64,000 bases of DNA, taken from Octopus sinensis. Its lineage: Eukaryota. The translations under genes were made by a program, and so were the position numbers. The notes beneath the pieces were generated by a model. The model searched no databases and was not told the DNA's origin. It worked only from the letters and a program-made list of their open reading frames with translations. This document shows, in pieces, positions 40,501-55,054 of this stretch. The DNA lies in contig NC_043017.1 of the NCBI RefSeq assembly GCF_006345805.1, positions 18,600,001-18,664,000 on the forward strand, given 5' to 3'. Every line of letters starts with the position of its first letter. The stretch's first letter is position 1.

Positions 40501-41867
40501 ATTCAGTAATGTAGGCGTAGATGTAGCACCACTTCCCTTGGTGATGGGTCAGCTGGATCAGTGTTGGCCTAGGGTTAAATGACTGTAGCAATGATGATAC
40601 CAATAACAGCAATGACAAGAACAGCAGCATCAACATCAATAGCAACAAGCTGGGGGAAAAACTGGCACTCTGTCAGTTATGATGACAAGGTTTCAAATTG
40701 ATCCGATCAATTAAAGATTTTGCTTTGAAATTGATACAGAGGTGGTTGAGTACTCCACAGACACGTGTAACCTTAACATAGTTCTCAGAGAGATTCAACA
40801 TGACACAGAGTGTAAAAAGGCTGGCCCTTTTGAATTACAGGTACTACTCATTTTTGCCAGCTGAGTGGACTGGAACAATGTGAAATAAAGTGTCTTGCTC
40901 AAGGATACAACACACCACCAGGGATTAAACTCATGAGCTTATGATTGAGAACCAGATGCCCTAACCACTAAGCAATAAGCCTTCATGTGGCGACAAGACA
41001 GCAACAACAAGAACAACAACAATACTTACAATTTCATTTAACAATCCTCTTTTGCCAAACAGATTATTGATGATGTAATTACTGGACGTGGGATCAAGGG
41101 CAGATAGCTGGTCATCCAAGAGGAAAATGTCCGGCCGAGAGAATATTGTCCTGGCCAAGTTAATTCTGGAACGCTGACCACCACTCAGGTTCATTCCCTG
41201 AAATGGTCAAGTGGATAAAGAGATGGATACACAGACCAGACAGATATATATATATATATATATATATACATACATATATATATATATATATATACAAAAT
41301 AGGAAAATGGAGAAATACATCTAAATCATTTATCAACTACCAGATAATACCCAATCACATACTTTATTAAACCACTACATAAGAACATTAGGGTTAAACA
41401 TAAAAATATATAACAAAACAGCGTATTTAGTGTGGATATATGTTATCCCATAGAGGGTTGAATTTGCAACCCCTATCTCAATTTGTATATATACACTTGC
41501 GTCAGAAATTAATTAGCACTTCTCAAATTTCTACATTAAATAGGTTAAATCAATTAACCTATGAGCTGTTCAAAACGTCTTACGCGATGAGAAAACTTAG
41601 TATGGTGTGATTTCGGTCCTTGCGAGGCGCTACCTATATCTATTAAACAAAGGAAGATTTGTCTGCATCCGCACTCCAAGTTGTTGCACTGCTATGTCAA
41701 CATCATAAGGCTGTAGACTCTCAAACTGCTCTGCAAACAAAGTTACGTCATCGTTCTGCGCAACAGTGAACTCGCAACAAAGCAATAGTTCGAGATATGG
41801 CCACTAGGTGACAGCACATACCTTGAGTGAAGAGCAAATCAAGGGTGCTAATTAATTTCTGACGGTA

Positions 41868-41959
<92 letters not shown>

Positions 41960-43046
41960 GGAGAGACAGACAGACAGACAGAGGGAGATAGAGAGATGAG
42001 AAGCAAATAGACATATGCATGTCCACATACATACGCATGTGCACACATACACACACATTTGGAATTTTAACTGCTTCGTTTCACCATTTTAGCAAAGAAT
42101 TATTTCCTGTTCTCTTGAAGTTTGTAAATTCTTATATGTATGTGTGTGTGCGTGCGTGCGTGTGAGTGTGTCTCAGAAAAAGACAAAAATTTGTCCCAGC
42201 AATGATCAACTATAGTTCAGATGCATGTTAGCCTTTTTGGACCTTTTTGGTTGTGTGTAGAATGGCAGTCAACCACATGTTCAGATGAGAATTCATCATT
42301 TCCAATATAGGAAAAAGTGTGTAAAACATTTATTGATGTTGCCAAAAAGCTCCAAGTGAGAGAAAGTTGTGGTGAAAGCGTACAGCAGGGTTCACCACTA
42401 CCCCCCTGCTGGAGCCTCATGGAGCTTTAGGTGTTTTCACTCAATAAACACTCACAACACCCGATTTGGGAATCGAAACTGTAACCCTATGACTGGGCCA
42501 TTGTGCCTCCACTGGGCTATTTCGCCTCCACACACACACACACACACACACACATATGGCAATATGGAATACACACATTAAATGATGATGATGATAGATG
42601 CAGGTATCTTGCTTCCAGACCACATACTCTTAGGTTCAGTCCCACTGCACAGCATCTTGGACAAATGTCTTCTCTGATGGAACCCAAAACTCACCAAAGT
42701 TTCATGAGTGGAGCCGTTAAATGGCAACTAAAGAAGCTCATCATGTATGTGTGTGTGTGTGTGCACGCACATGTGCACATGTGTGTGTGTTGGTGTGTGT
42801 TTGTGTGGATAATATATATAAAATACCTACAAGCATATAGGTGCAGGCATGGCTGTGTGGAAAGAAGCTTGCACCCCAACTACATGGTTCCCAGTTCAGT
42901 CCCACTGCATGGCACCTTGGGCAAGTGTTTTCTACTATAGCCTCGGGCTGTCCAAAGTCTTGTGAGTAGATTTCATAGACGGAAACTGAAAGAAGCCCAT
43001 CATATATATATATATTTAAGTGTGTGTGCGTATGTGTGTGTGTGTG

Positions 43047-43083
<37 letters not shown>

Positions 43084-45226
43084 TGCCCCAGCTGCCATAG
43101 CTTGACAACCGATGTTGGTGTTTACATTCCCAAAACACGCCAGCAAAAGAGGCTGATAGAATAAGTACAAAGCTTACAAAGAATAAGTCCTGGGGTTGAT
43201 TTCTTCAACTAAAGGTGGTGCTCCAGCATGGCCGCAGTCAAATGACTGTAACAAGTAAAAGAATGAAAAATTAAAGAATATAGTGAAAGAGTTGTTACCT
43301 GATCTGTGACTTTGGTTTCTTCCGAATCCTTTAAATTATTCAAGTCTTCCTGCAAGGCACTGTATTTGGTAGCATGACTGAAACGTTTGTCATTGAACAT
43401 CTTGCCAAAAATGATGTTTTCTTTTATGGTTCCACTCATGATCCACGGCTGCTGAGGGGCATAAGCCACTTTGAGCTGGGTTAACAGAAAGACAAGAGGA
43501 GAGTGAGAGAGAGACAGATACAGAGAGAGACAGAGAGAGAGACAGAGAGAGACAGAGACAGGCTATAAATTAGACAGCTATTATCACGATGCGGGGGATG
43601 GTGAATTTGGGTTGGGGGTAGGGTTACTTAGTGAACAGAGGGAAAGACAGAGCAACTGTTATATAAAAAGACAGAGGGACAGATGTAAACTGTAAGCTTG
43701 AAAAATGTCTGTACATCCATCCATCCATCCATCCATCTGTCCATCCATCCATCCGTCTGTCCATCCATCCATCTGTCCATCCATCCATCCGTCCATCCAT
43801 CTATATATATACACACACATGCACACACATGCACACACACACACACACGCACACACACACACGCACACACACACATGTGCACACACACATCTATACATAT
43901 ATTCTTTCATTGTTTTAATTGTTTCAGTAATTTGACTGTGGCCATGCTGGAGCATCGCATCAAGGGGTTTTTGTCAAATAAATCAACCCCAAGACTTATT
44001 TTTTAAGCCTATGAGTCACTTTTGCTGATCCACTAAGTCATGGGGATGTAAACACACCAACACAGATTGTCAAGCAGTGATGAACAAACAGAGACACAAA
44101 GACACACACATAAATACATACACATATATATACAACAGTTTCCGTCTACCAAATCCACTCACAAGGCTTTGGTCAGTCCAAGGCTATAGTAGAAGACATT
44201 TGTTTATGGGACTGAACCTAGAACCATGTGGTTGTGAAGCAAGCTTCTTACCACATAGCAATGCCTGTGCCTATATGAAGTATAGTCAAAAAGTATTCAG
44301 TCTTGATATCTTTTGCACAAAATAATAATGTGTGAGCCAAATCCACATGGGTATTATGTGGTTCTGTCCTTCCTGAGTATGAGCAAAAATGTTCTTGTCT
44401 ATAGGTTGTGCCATTCACCTTCAGTGACATGTTGAGTACAGATGTGAAGAGTGTGCTGTGCAATTTTTCTTTTTGAGTCAAGATGACCAAGTTCACTGAG
44501 CAAAGATACTGTAACAAATTCTACCCAAAAAAATGGTGATGCATAAAGCCCTGACTATTGAGAAAATTCAGAAGGCCTTTGGAGATGAAGCTTTAGGAAA
44601 AACACAAATAAAGAAGTGGCACATCCGGTTTAAAGATAGCTGCACCGCAGCGGACAGGGAGCCACATTGTGGCAGACCATCATCTAGCAGAACTGATGAA
44701 ATGATTGCAAAGGTTCAAGGAATAGTCTATGAAGACTATCGTGTGACCATTGAGCAGATTGATGCTGAAGTTGGAATCAGAAGAGAAGCATGTTAGAATC
44801 AGCCACGGATCAGTTTAGTCAGGTCATCCCACCCACATCATCTAAGTGTTCCATGTCAAGTAAAACACCCCACTTTTTCGTCAGGCTTCCTACTCCCCAG
44901 TCTTGGCTCTGCGTGACTTTCGGCTATTCCCAAAGCTCAACAAAGCACCCAAAGGCAGAAGATTTGAGGCAACAGAAGACATTAAGCAAAATTCAATGGC
45001 ACAGCTCTACAGTATCCCAAAAAGTGATTTTCAGAAATTTTTCCAGCAGTGGAAGAGGTATTTTGACTCCCAAGGTGAATAGTTTGAAGGACACTAAATC
45101 AAAATAGTGAGTTTTTAAATATTACTAGTATATATTAAATATATTATAATATCTATATATGTGGTGTGTGTGTGTGTGTGTTAGTGTGTGTATGTATGTA
45201 TGTATGCATATATATGCACACACAGG

Positions 45227-45289
<63 letters not shown>

Positions 45290-45333
45290 GTGTGTGTGGT
45301 GTGTGTGTGTGTGTGTAAATATAAATATATATA

Positions 45334-45376
<43 letters not shown>

Positions 45377-45585
45377 GTTTATATATAAAATATGAATTAG
45401 CAATAAAACCACTATTATGCAACTCAAACAGTTGCATAATAGTGGTTTTATCTCTAATTCATATTTTATATATTTATACTGTGAAATTTGATTTAATACT
45501 AAATTGAATTTTTCCTGTAAGTTTGGAGCTATACTCCCTAATATTATTATTATGTTTATATATAAATATATATATATAATATATT

Positions 45586-45617
<32 letters not shown>

Positions 45618-47215
45618 ACACACACAACACACATACACATATATATATATAGATATATATATATTATATATATATTATATATAATATATATATATATATA
45701 CTAGCTGAAGGTGACCCGCTCTACGCGCGGGTAAGAGTGTGGTTGTTACTTTCTGTTGCTTCCTTTCAGCACGTAAAAAGCACCATCCGAACGTGGCGGA
45801 TTGCAGCGCCGCCTTGACTGGCTTCTGTGCTGGTGGCACGTAAAAAGCACCAACTGATCGTGGCCGCTGCCAGCCCCCCTGGCACCTGTGCAGGCGGCAC
45901 GAAAAAAGCACCCACTACGCTCACAGAGTGGTTGGCGTTAGGAAGGGCATCCACCTGTCGAAACACTGCCAGATCAGACTGGAGCCTGGTGCAGCCTCCT
46001 GGCTTCCCAGACCCCTGTCAAACTGTCCAACCCGTGCTAGCACGGAAAACGGACGTTAAACGATGATGATGATTTGATGATGATTGATTCTCCCTCTTTG
46101 TTTCTTTCTCCTTTCTCTCTCACTTTCCCACTCTCTTACTCTTCCTTTCTCTCGGACCTCCCCTCGCTTTCTCTTACTCTCTATCTTTATGTATCTCTCT
46201 CCCATTTATAAACACAGAAGATCTTGAGTAAGTTGAGAAATAAAATATTAGAAAGATCAATCATAAATATCAGGCAGTTACAAAGGAAAGGTCTGCTTCA
46301 AGACAGACAGCAAAACACTAACATTTAAAAGGGACAGACGAACTTGCGAGCTGAATAAAAATAATAAAATATTGGAAACCAAAGTTTGAAGGGATAGAAT
46401 TTGAGGATAGTAGAGTCACCATGGCTGGCATTTCTTAACGACGGACAGCAACGTATTGACAGTTCAACGGCTGGCGTAAAAGTTTGAACTTGATGTAAAA
46501 GAAAATCCCTAAAAACCAAGTTTTGACTTGATTCTTTCTCACGACAGTAGACTCACGATGGCAAGCATTGAAAACTCCTTCATCATGGACGGCAACACAT
46601 TGACGATTAAAAGGCTGGAGCAAATTTTTTAGCTTGATGTAACAGAGAATTGCTAAACACCCGCTCCTTTAAATTTTAATCCCCTTCCAGCCCCATTTAT
46701 ACCCCTTTTCACCTTTTGGTTAATATAACCCGATTTAATTTGGGTCTACTGGGGCCACATTTTATAAGATGAGACACAACAAGTTTCCCAAGTTCTGGTC
46801 ATAGACCATAGAACACTCACCAAGTTTCCCGATTTCTGGTCATAGACCATAGAACAGTCAAGCAAGTTTCCCGAGTTCTGGTCATAGACCATAGAACACT
46901 CAACCAAGTTTCCCGAGTTCTGGTCATAGACCATAGAACACTAAACTAAGTTTCCCGAGTTCTGGTCATTTGCAGAATAAATAGAGACGGCGGAGGTGGC
47001 AGACGTCGTTGCAATGTAAACATGATTTGTTATAAGAGAAAGATTGTCCAGATTGTGTGTTGGTGGTGTTGGTGGTGGCGATGATAATTATCATTAGGAA
47101 AAAGAGTGAGTGAGTGAGGAAGACATACATAAGTTGTGGCGATGATAATTGTAGACCCCTTTTCACATTTTGATGAAGAGAACCCGATTTCATTCGGGTG
47201 TACTGGGGCTACATA

Positions 47216-47284
<69 letters not shown>

Positions 47285-47389
47285 ACGCTGTAGAAATTAA
47301 ATTAGAGATAAAACCACTAATACGGAAATGAAACAGTAAAAAACCAAAAACAAAAGCATAAAAATAAAAATATAATATTAGATATATGA

Positions 47390-47426
<37 letters not shown>

Positions 47427-47842
47427 GACAGGTAGACAATAGAATGCGATGGCGATGGGGATGGCGAGTAATATTTGTTACTGTCCATGAACGCTGAGAG
47501 ATACATGAGTAAAATGTAGAGGAAGGTAAGAGATAGAGTGAGTGAAAATGTTCTTGGAAGAGAGTAAATAGCTACAGAGTGATTTGAGGAAGACTTTACA
47601 TTAAATAACGGTAGTTGCATTGTCAAATGAAGAGGAGTGACAGAGTACTGGAGGAAATAGGGTGAGGTAGGAAGATGGCCCCTAGCAACCACACCTTTTA
47701 AGATAGGGATTTCTAAGGTAGCCCACGCGCATCGTCACCTCATTCTACATGTCCCTGTAAATTTTGGAGCGAATCGGACGGGATGTAGTGGCATTGAAAG
47801 CGAACCAAGCAGTAAAAACGCATTTCAGTTTTATATATAGAG

Positions 47843-47873
<31 letters not shown>

Positions 47874-48923
47874 AACACATGAACATAAAAGTGGAAGAAC
47901 ATCCCTGGTAGACAGTGAGCAATCTGGAGGACCTGCCATGAGTGTCACCCTCAGAAATGTGGGACTGTACATTGAGAATTCATCCCCCAGGGCCAGGCAA
48001 TCAATTGAGAGTTTTGAAGTGTTTTAGGTAGGATATTCAGAGAAAGTGACTAGGTCTGACTGAAATTAGAAAAGATGAAAAAAAAAATATCCCCATTTTC
48101 TTTCCTCATTCCTTCTTGCAGAAGAGCACAGGCTCGAAATGTCAAAGTCTCTTCCATATTTCTTGTTTCTCTCTTGTTTTTTGTACAATTTTGAACCATA
48201 TGTGTGTGCCTCTGTGGTAAGAAGCTTGCTTCCCAACCACATGGTTCCAGGTTCAGTCTCACTGCATGGCACATTGGGCAAGTGTCTTCTACTATAGCCT
48301 CGGGCTGACCAAAGCCTTGTGAGTGGATTTGGTAGACAGAAACTGGAAGAAGCCTGTCGTATATATATATATATATATATGTATTTGTGTGTCTGAGTTT
48401 GTTCTCCCCACTATCACTTGACAAATGGTGTTGGTGTGTTTACATCCCTGTAACTTAGCGCTTTGGTAAAAGAGACCAATAGAATAAGTACTAGGCTTAC
48501 AATGAATAAGTCCTGGAGTCAATTTGTTCGACTAAAGGCGGTACTCCAACATGGCCATGTTCAAATGACTGAAACAAGTAAAAACATAAAAGAATGTGTT
48601 TGTGTATATACGTACATATCAGAACTGATCTGGGACTAAACAACAACAGCAACAGCAGCAAGTAGGACAAAAAAAACAAAATAAAGGAACACAAATGAAT
48701 GATTTGGCAAGGTTTACCTTCCGTTTGAACGATCCAGATGTTTTAGGGATACACCCAATCATGGATTGGAGCAATGCAGATTTCCCACTTCCACTCTTTC
48801 CACAGATGACAATGAGTTCTCCTGGTGTTACAGTCAAGTTTAAGCTGCATAAAAGAAATATACATGTATAAAATAATGTCACGGCCAAGACTCTATCTTT
48901 AAGATAGCATGTTAGCATTAATT

Positions 48924-48968
<45 letters not shown>

Positions 48969-49219
48969 AATAAAATAAAACATATGCATATATATAAACA
49001 TATATGTACGTACCTACCTCTACATGTACTTATACACACATATATGAGTACAGGACACCAAAAGGACGTCGAACACAATGAGAAACGAAAACATAGACAC
49101 AAACCAAAGGAACTGGACATTTATTTAAAAACAGCAAAAAAATAGAGTACAGGACAATTAACACAAAGAAAAAACCCCTTCTTCAGTCGCTAAAGGTTTC
49201 ATCTACTCTACGTTTCGAA

Positions 49220-49263
<44 letters not shown>

Positions 49264-52200
49264 GGATCAAAACAGTTTGATTCAAATTCATTGATACTCT
49301 TGAGTTTCAAGTGTCAACAACTAGCATCATGCTTGAAACACACAAGAGTACCAACGAATTTAAATGAAACTGTTTTCATCCAGACATGTAACTCCCAACA
49401 AATTGGTTGAGTGCCCTTCTTTCGTTGTGACTTGTGTGGTCAGTGACTAGATCTTAAAAGGGCTGAAACCAAAGACATATAATGAGGAACAAGCTGGGTT
49501 TTTATAGGAAGCAGTAGGCTCAAAATAGAACTTGAAGAAGGTTGTTCATCTGATGCTACCTAAAGTCTCTGACTGGCTATTTGTGGTCAGTTGGCACAAC
49601 AGAGTAAGAGAGAAATTGTGCCAATACCAACCAATCTGGATACAAACAGCAGATGAAGGCCAGTTGGTCCCTGCTACGTTCGAATGCATGTATGTATAGA
49701 GTCTACGCTACAAAACGATTTCCAGGTTCGATTCCAAAAATGACAGGAATGCTAGGACCAGTATATTGCTGTGCAAGTTGACTATTTTGAAGGAGATGAT
49801 GTTAAAACTTAGGTAAATAAGTTACTTTTTATTAAACGTAACTAGTCCTGAGACTTTTAGAAACCACTTCATATTTATCTATCAAACTGTTCTGTGGTGT
49901 GTGTTATAGTTTTGTGGTTGCTCCTTGTTGTAAATGCATGATGACTGTATGAGGAAGTGTTGAACAAGTACTTAATATTCTTTTACTTGTTTCAATCTTA
50001 GACTGTGGCCATGCTGGGGCACCATCTTGAAGCATTTTTAGCTAAAATCTTTATTTTTCTTTTTTAAAAACGTGTTGGTGGCCAGCGAGACATGAGCTGA
50101 AAGAATCAACCGCCACCCCAGGATTTTTCTCCTTCTTTTACGCATCAGTCTTGGACAGCATCAACCCTCACTGGCCTCAGAGAACCTGCAAAGGTCATAG
50201 GCATATCCCTTCTTCCATACTGGCCCAAACAGTTAAAAGACACAAAAAACACAAAACAAGAACAATGGTTGTTGTTATGGTTTAGCACTGTGTCAGTCAT
50301 GATTCAGCAGACCCAAGATAAGAGATATTCCAACAGTGACCATCCCATCTATAATTCAGATAGCATATCTAGAATTACATTATCTAATGTGCCACCCCTT
50401 ATTGTTGTTTAACCCTAGGTCGGTCCTGATCCTGCAGATGTATGATTAAAGTTGTTCAAGCTACAACAGCCTCTGTCTGTATTCATAGTGTATCTAGGAC
50501 TACATTATCTTAATGTGTCTTTCTTTGTTGTTGTTTAACTCCAGGTGAGTCTTGTTCCAGTAGATTCATAATAAAAGGCATTCTAGCTACAACCATCCCG
50601 CCTTTTATTCACACAGTGTATCTAGGACTACATCACTTCATGTATGCTTCTTTGCTATATAGCACCAGGTCAGTCCTGATCCAGCAGACATACAATCAAA
50701 GATATTCCAGCAGTGACCATCCTGTCTTTTATTCAGACATAGTGTGTCTAGGACTACATTATCTAATGTGTCCTTCCTTGTTGCTTAGCACCAGGCCAGC
50801 TCTGATCCTGTTGACTTATGACCAGAGGTGTTCTAGCAGTGACCATCCTGTCTTTTATTTAGACACAGTGTATCTAGGACTACACTATCAATATGTTCTG
50901 TCTTAGATAGTAATTGATAATTCGAGAGTGAGATTTTGGCTGCTTTTTCTAGCAGGTTAGGTTGCTATACAGATACTCCCATACTGGCTCATAAACTTCA
51001 AGTGTCTGATAGGGGAGAAAGGAATGTGGGGTACTCACTTTTGAAGGCCGGCAGCAAGAAATGAAGCATTTTCCAAGACAAGGGCAAAATCTGTAAACAA
51101 ATTTTGGCAAAGTACAATGCAATGTTATAGAGAGTGAAATGGTGAAGAAAACATATAAACTCTTCTGAAATCCTTCTTGGAATGGTCGATATTGATGCAA
51201 AACCAAGACAACTTGAATTAAAGAAAATTATCTTTTATTTGATGTAGTCATTAGAGTGTGACCATGCTGGGGCACATCTTGAAGAATTTTTAGTTTACAT
51301 GAACTATTATTTTTTTCAGCCTGGCACTTATTCTATCAGTCTCTTTTACTGAACTGTTAAGTTATGGGGGACGTAAACATACCCACATCAATTAGCAAGT
51401 TAGGGAAGGACACACACATACACACACACACACACACACAACAGGCTTCTTTCAGTTTCTGTCTACTAAATCCACACACAAGGCTTTGGTCAGCCTGAGG
51501 CTATAGTAGAGGACACTCAACTAAGGTGCCACACAATGGGACTGAACCCAGAACCATGTAGTTGGGAAGCAAATTTCTTACCACAGTCACACCTGCACCT
51601 ATTAGAAAATATCATCATAGCAAAAATAAATGAAGAACAATATGACAAAGGAATGAGAGAATGGTCAGACATATACAGGAACAAGAACTTCTAAACAAGT
51701 GTGTGTGTGTGTGTGCGTGCATGTGTGTGTGTGTGTGTGTGTGTCTGTGTGTGTCTGTAAATGTACAAAGGGGTGCTGAAAAGTTCCTGGCATTAAGGGT
51801 TTAGCAAAAGGCTTGGTTGGAGGCCCAACCTTCTGAGTTCTTTTACCAGGCCTAGAAAAACTGAAAGTCTGCTGTGATAAGTATGTGAATCCAAGAGGAG
51901 AATATATTGAATAAAATCATAATTAACTGATCCTCCTGCATTTTCTTTTACTCAAAGCCAGGAACTTTTCAGACCCCCTTCGTGTGTGTGTGTGTGTGTG
52001 TATCAATTACTGGTAGAGACATTGTATTTCGTTTTGCAACCAGAATATACTACCAAGTACATCAGAGACTTATAAGATGATTCTGTGTTTTAGCTTTGGT
52101 GTCCGGAGTGTGATACAATCACTTTGAAGCATTTCTCCACAGATCTTCTATAGAAATTAAAGTCAGCACCAGCAGTTACAAAATGTCAAAACTTCCACTA

Positions 52201-52311
52201 CTGGTTCTAAATTCTATCGAAAATCTGTAGAGATACACTTAGGAAAAATATATGACATGTAGTTATCAATGGTGAAATCATTGTGTATCAGTGTATGTAT
52301 ACATGTATAAA

Positions 52312-52347
<36 letters not shown>

Positions 52348-54150
52348 GAAAATAAAGAGTAAACATGTTTGAACTGATGATGTAAGAATTCATAGACCAA
52401 CTGGTCGAAATGGCAGATTGATCTGTTAGACTGATTTTAAGTGTGTAACCAAAGATCCTGACCAGAAGGTCCAGTCCTTGTGGTGTGGAGGCTTGTGTGC
52501 CTCAATGACACAGATAGCTATACCAGCAGAGCATAAGCTGATATGACCTCATGCTGAACAGGTCAATAGAAAACAGACAGAATAATAAGGGACACACTCT
52601 TCCCAGAGGCAAAAATGTGTTTGCATAGGGCCAACATCATTACCTTGAAAAATGCAAAATTACAAAAGCATCAATGACAATTCGAAACACCAGGATGTGG
52701 GATAGGAAGGCCTTCCCTCAGGACAATGTATGAAATGGCCCAGTAAAATCTGCAGCAAAAAAGGGTGAACAGGCCATACTTTAAGGAAACAAACATCCTG
52801 CATTACATGTCAGGCCCTGACCTACATGGAATAGAAGCACTCCGTAGGTTACGATGACGAGGGTTCCAGTTGATCCGAATCAACGGAACAGCCTGCTCGT
52901 GAAATTAACATGTAAGTGGCTGAGCACTCCACAGACACGTGTACCCTTAATGTAGTTCTTGGGGATATTCAGCGTGACACAGAGAGTGACAAGGCCAGCC
53001 CTTTGAAATACAGGTACAACAGAAACAGGAAGTAAGAGTGAGAGAAAGTTGTGGTGAAAGAGTACAGCAGGGATCACCACCATCCCCTGCCGGAGCCTCG
53101 TGGAACTTTTAGGTGTTTTCACTCAATAAACACTCACAACGCCCAGTCTGGGAATCGAAACCGCGATCCTAATACCGCGAGTCCGCTGCCCTAACCACTG
53201 GGCCATTGCGCCTCCACCCTGACCTACAACCTACAAAGGAGATGGGATACTGAGGTGTACCTGAAAAAATAAGGATCCAATTGGAAAGAAGCAGAAAAAA
53301 CAGCCCAGAACTGAGAATAATTGAGAAAAATTACTGATCACCTATGCTCCATCGGGAGAGAAGGGATTAAGTAAGAAAACAAAAACCTAATGGCATAATA
53401 ATATGTTTTACTCTCACCCTTGCAGTTATCAATGGTGAAATCATTGTCTGGGGAACTGAGAAATTGGTCAATTCTTTTGTATGATTTATAAGTCTGAAAT
53501 TAAAAAAAAAACATTGTGAAAGAAAACAAATGTGAAATTGATGTTAAACTGAAACTTATAACAGTGTGTGTGTGTGTGTGTGTGTGGACGTGTTAGTGGT
53601 AGGTGAGTTAATGAGTTCATTGTAATTTACCAGAGAGAACAGCTTCACAACATTGCTTAGTGATGAGCACTGTCAGATGTCATCCACTCTGATCAAAAGG
53701 AGAAAACCATTTGAACAGGGTGTACAACCTATTTCATACCATACACACACACACACACACACATACACACACATACACGTGCGTGCACACACACACACAC
53801 ACACTCGAACATCAAATCTGTCTTCACCAGCTTGATAAGAACACTGCTTGGAGTGACTTTAATTAACTCTAGCTTAACAAAATTTAATGCACATTAGCAA
53901 ATGTATCCTATGCTGTCCTAATATTGGCTTCAAATAAGGTGGCGAGCCGGCAGAAACATTAGCACGCCAGACGAAATGCTTAGTGGTGTTTCATCTGTCT
54001 TGATGTTCTGAGTTCAATTTCTACCGAAGTTGACTTTGCCTTTCATCCTTTCAGAGATCAAAAAATTAAGTACCAGTGAAACACAGAGGTCAGTATAATT
54101 GACTAGTCCCCTCCCCACAAATTTCAGGCCTTGTGCCTTTAATAGGAAGG

Positions 54151-54206
<56 letters not shown>

Positions 54207-54983
54207 CATCATTATTATTATTATTAATAAGTGGCAAACTGGCAGAAACGTTTGCATTCCAGACAAAATGCTTTGTGTGTCTTGACGTTCTGAGTTCAAT
54301 TTCCTCCGAGGATGATTTTTCCTTTCATCCTTTTGGGGGTCAATAAATTAAGTACCAGTTGCATACTGGAGTCAATCCAATCGACTGACCCCCTCCCCAA
54401 AATTTCGGGCCTTGTGCCTAGAGCAGAAAGGAACATTGGCTTTGAATTTTGGTACGAGTCTAGTAATTTTTTTTTGGGGGGGGGGGAGTTGATTACATCA
54501 ACCCCAGTACACAACTGGTACTTATTTTATTGACCCTGAAACAATGAAAGACAAAGTCAAGCTTGGTGGAATTTGAACACACAATGTCAAAGTAGATGAA
54601 TGAGCCACTAAGCATTTCGCCAAGGGTGCTCTACCAGTTCTGCCAGCTTGCCACCTGATTCTGTTCTAATGTTTGTTTCAAATTTTGATATATAAAGGGA
54701 TGTAAATACACCAACACCGGTTCTCAATTGGTGGTGAGGGACAAACAGACACATAGACATATACATACATATATATATATATATTGTTATATTTCGGAAT
54801 GGTCATATTGCCAGTTTAGCCAATAAAAACACACGCACTATATATTTGGTGTTATTTTGCTTCAAATATATAGTGCGTGTGTTTTATTGGCTAAACTGGC
54901 AATATGACCATTCCGAAATATAACAATATCTGTTTCAACACACGACTTCACATAAAAAATCTTGCACAACAAATATTTAAACG

Positions 54984-55054
<71 letters not shown>

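Noticed and set aside
46781-46968. Short CRISPR-like repeat with a slightly variable linker
   Set aside because: The variable part is only a few nt. It is a tandem repeat inside a Helitron.
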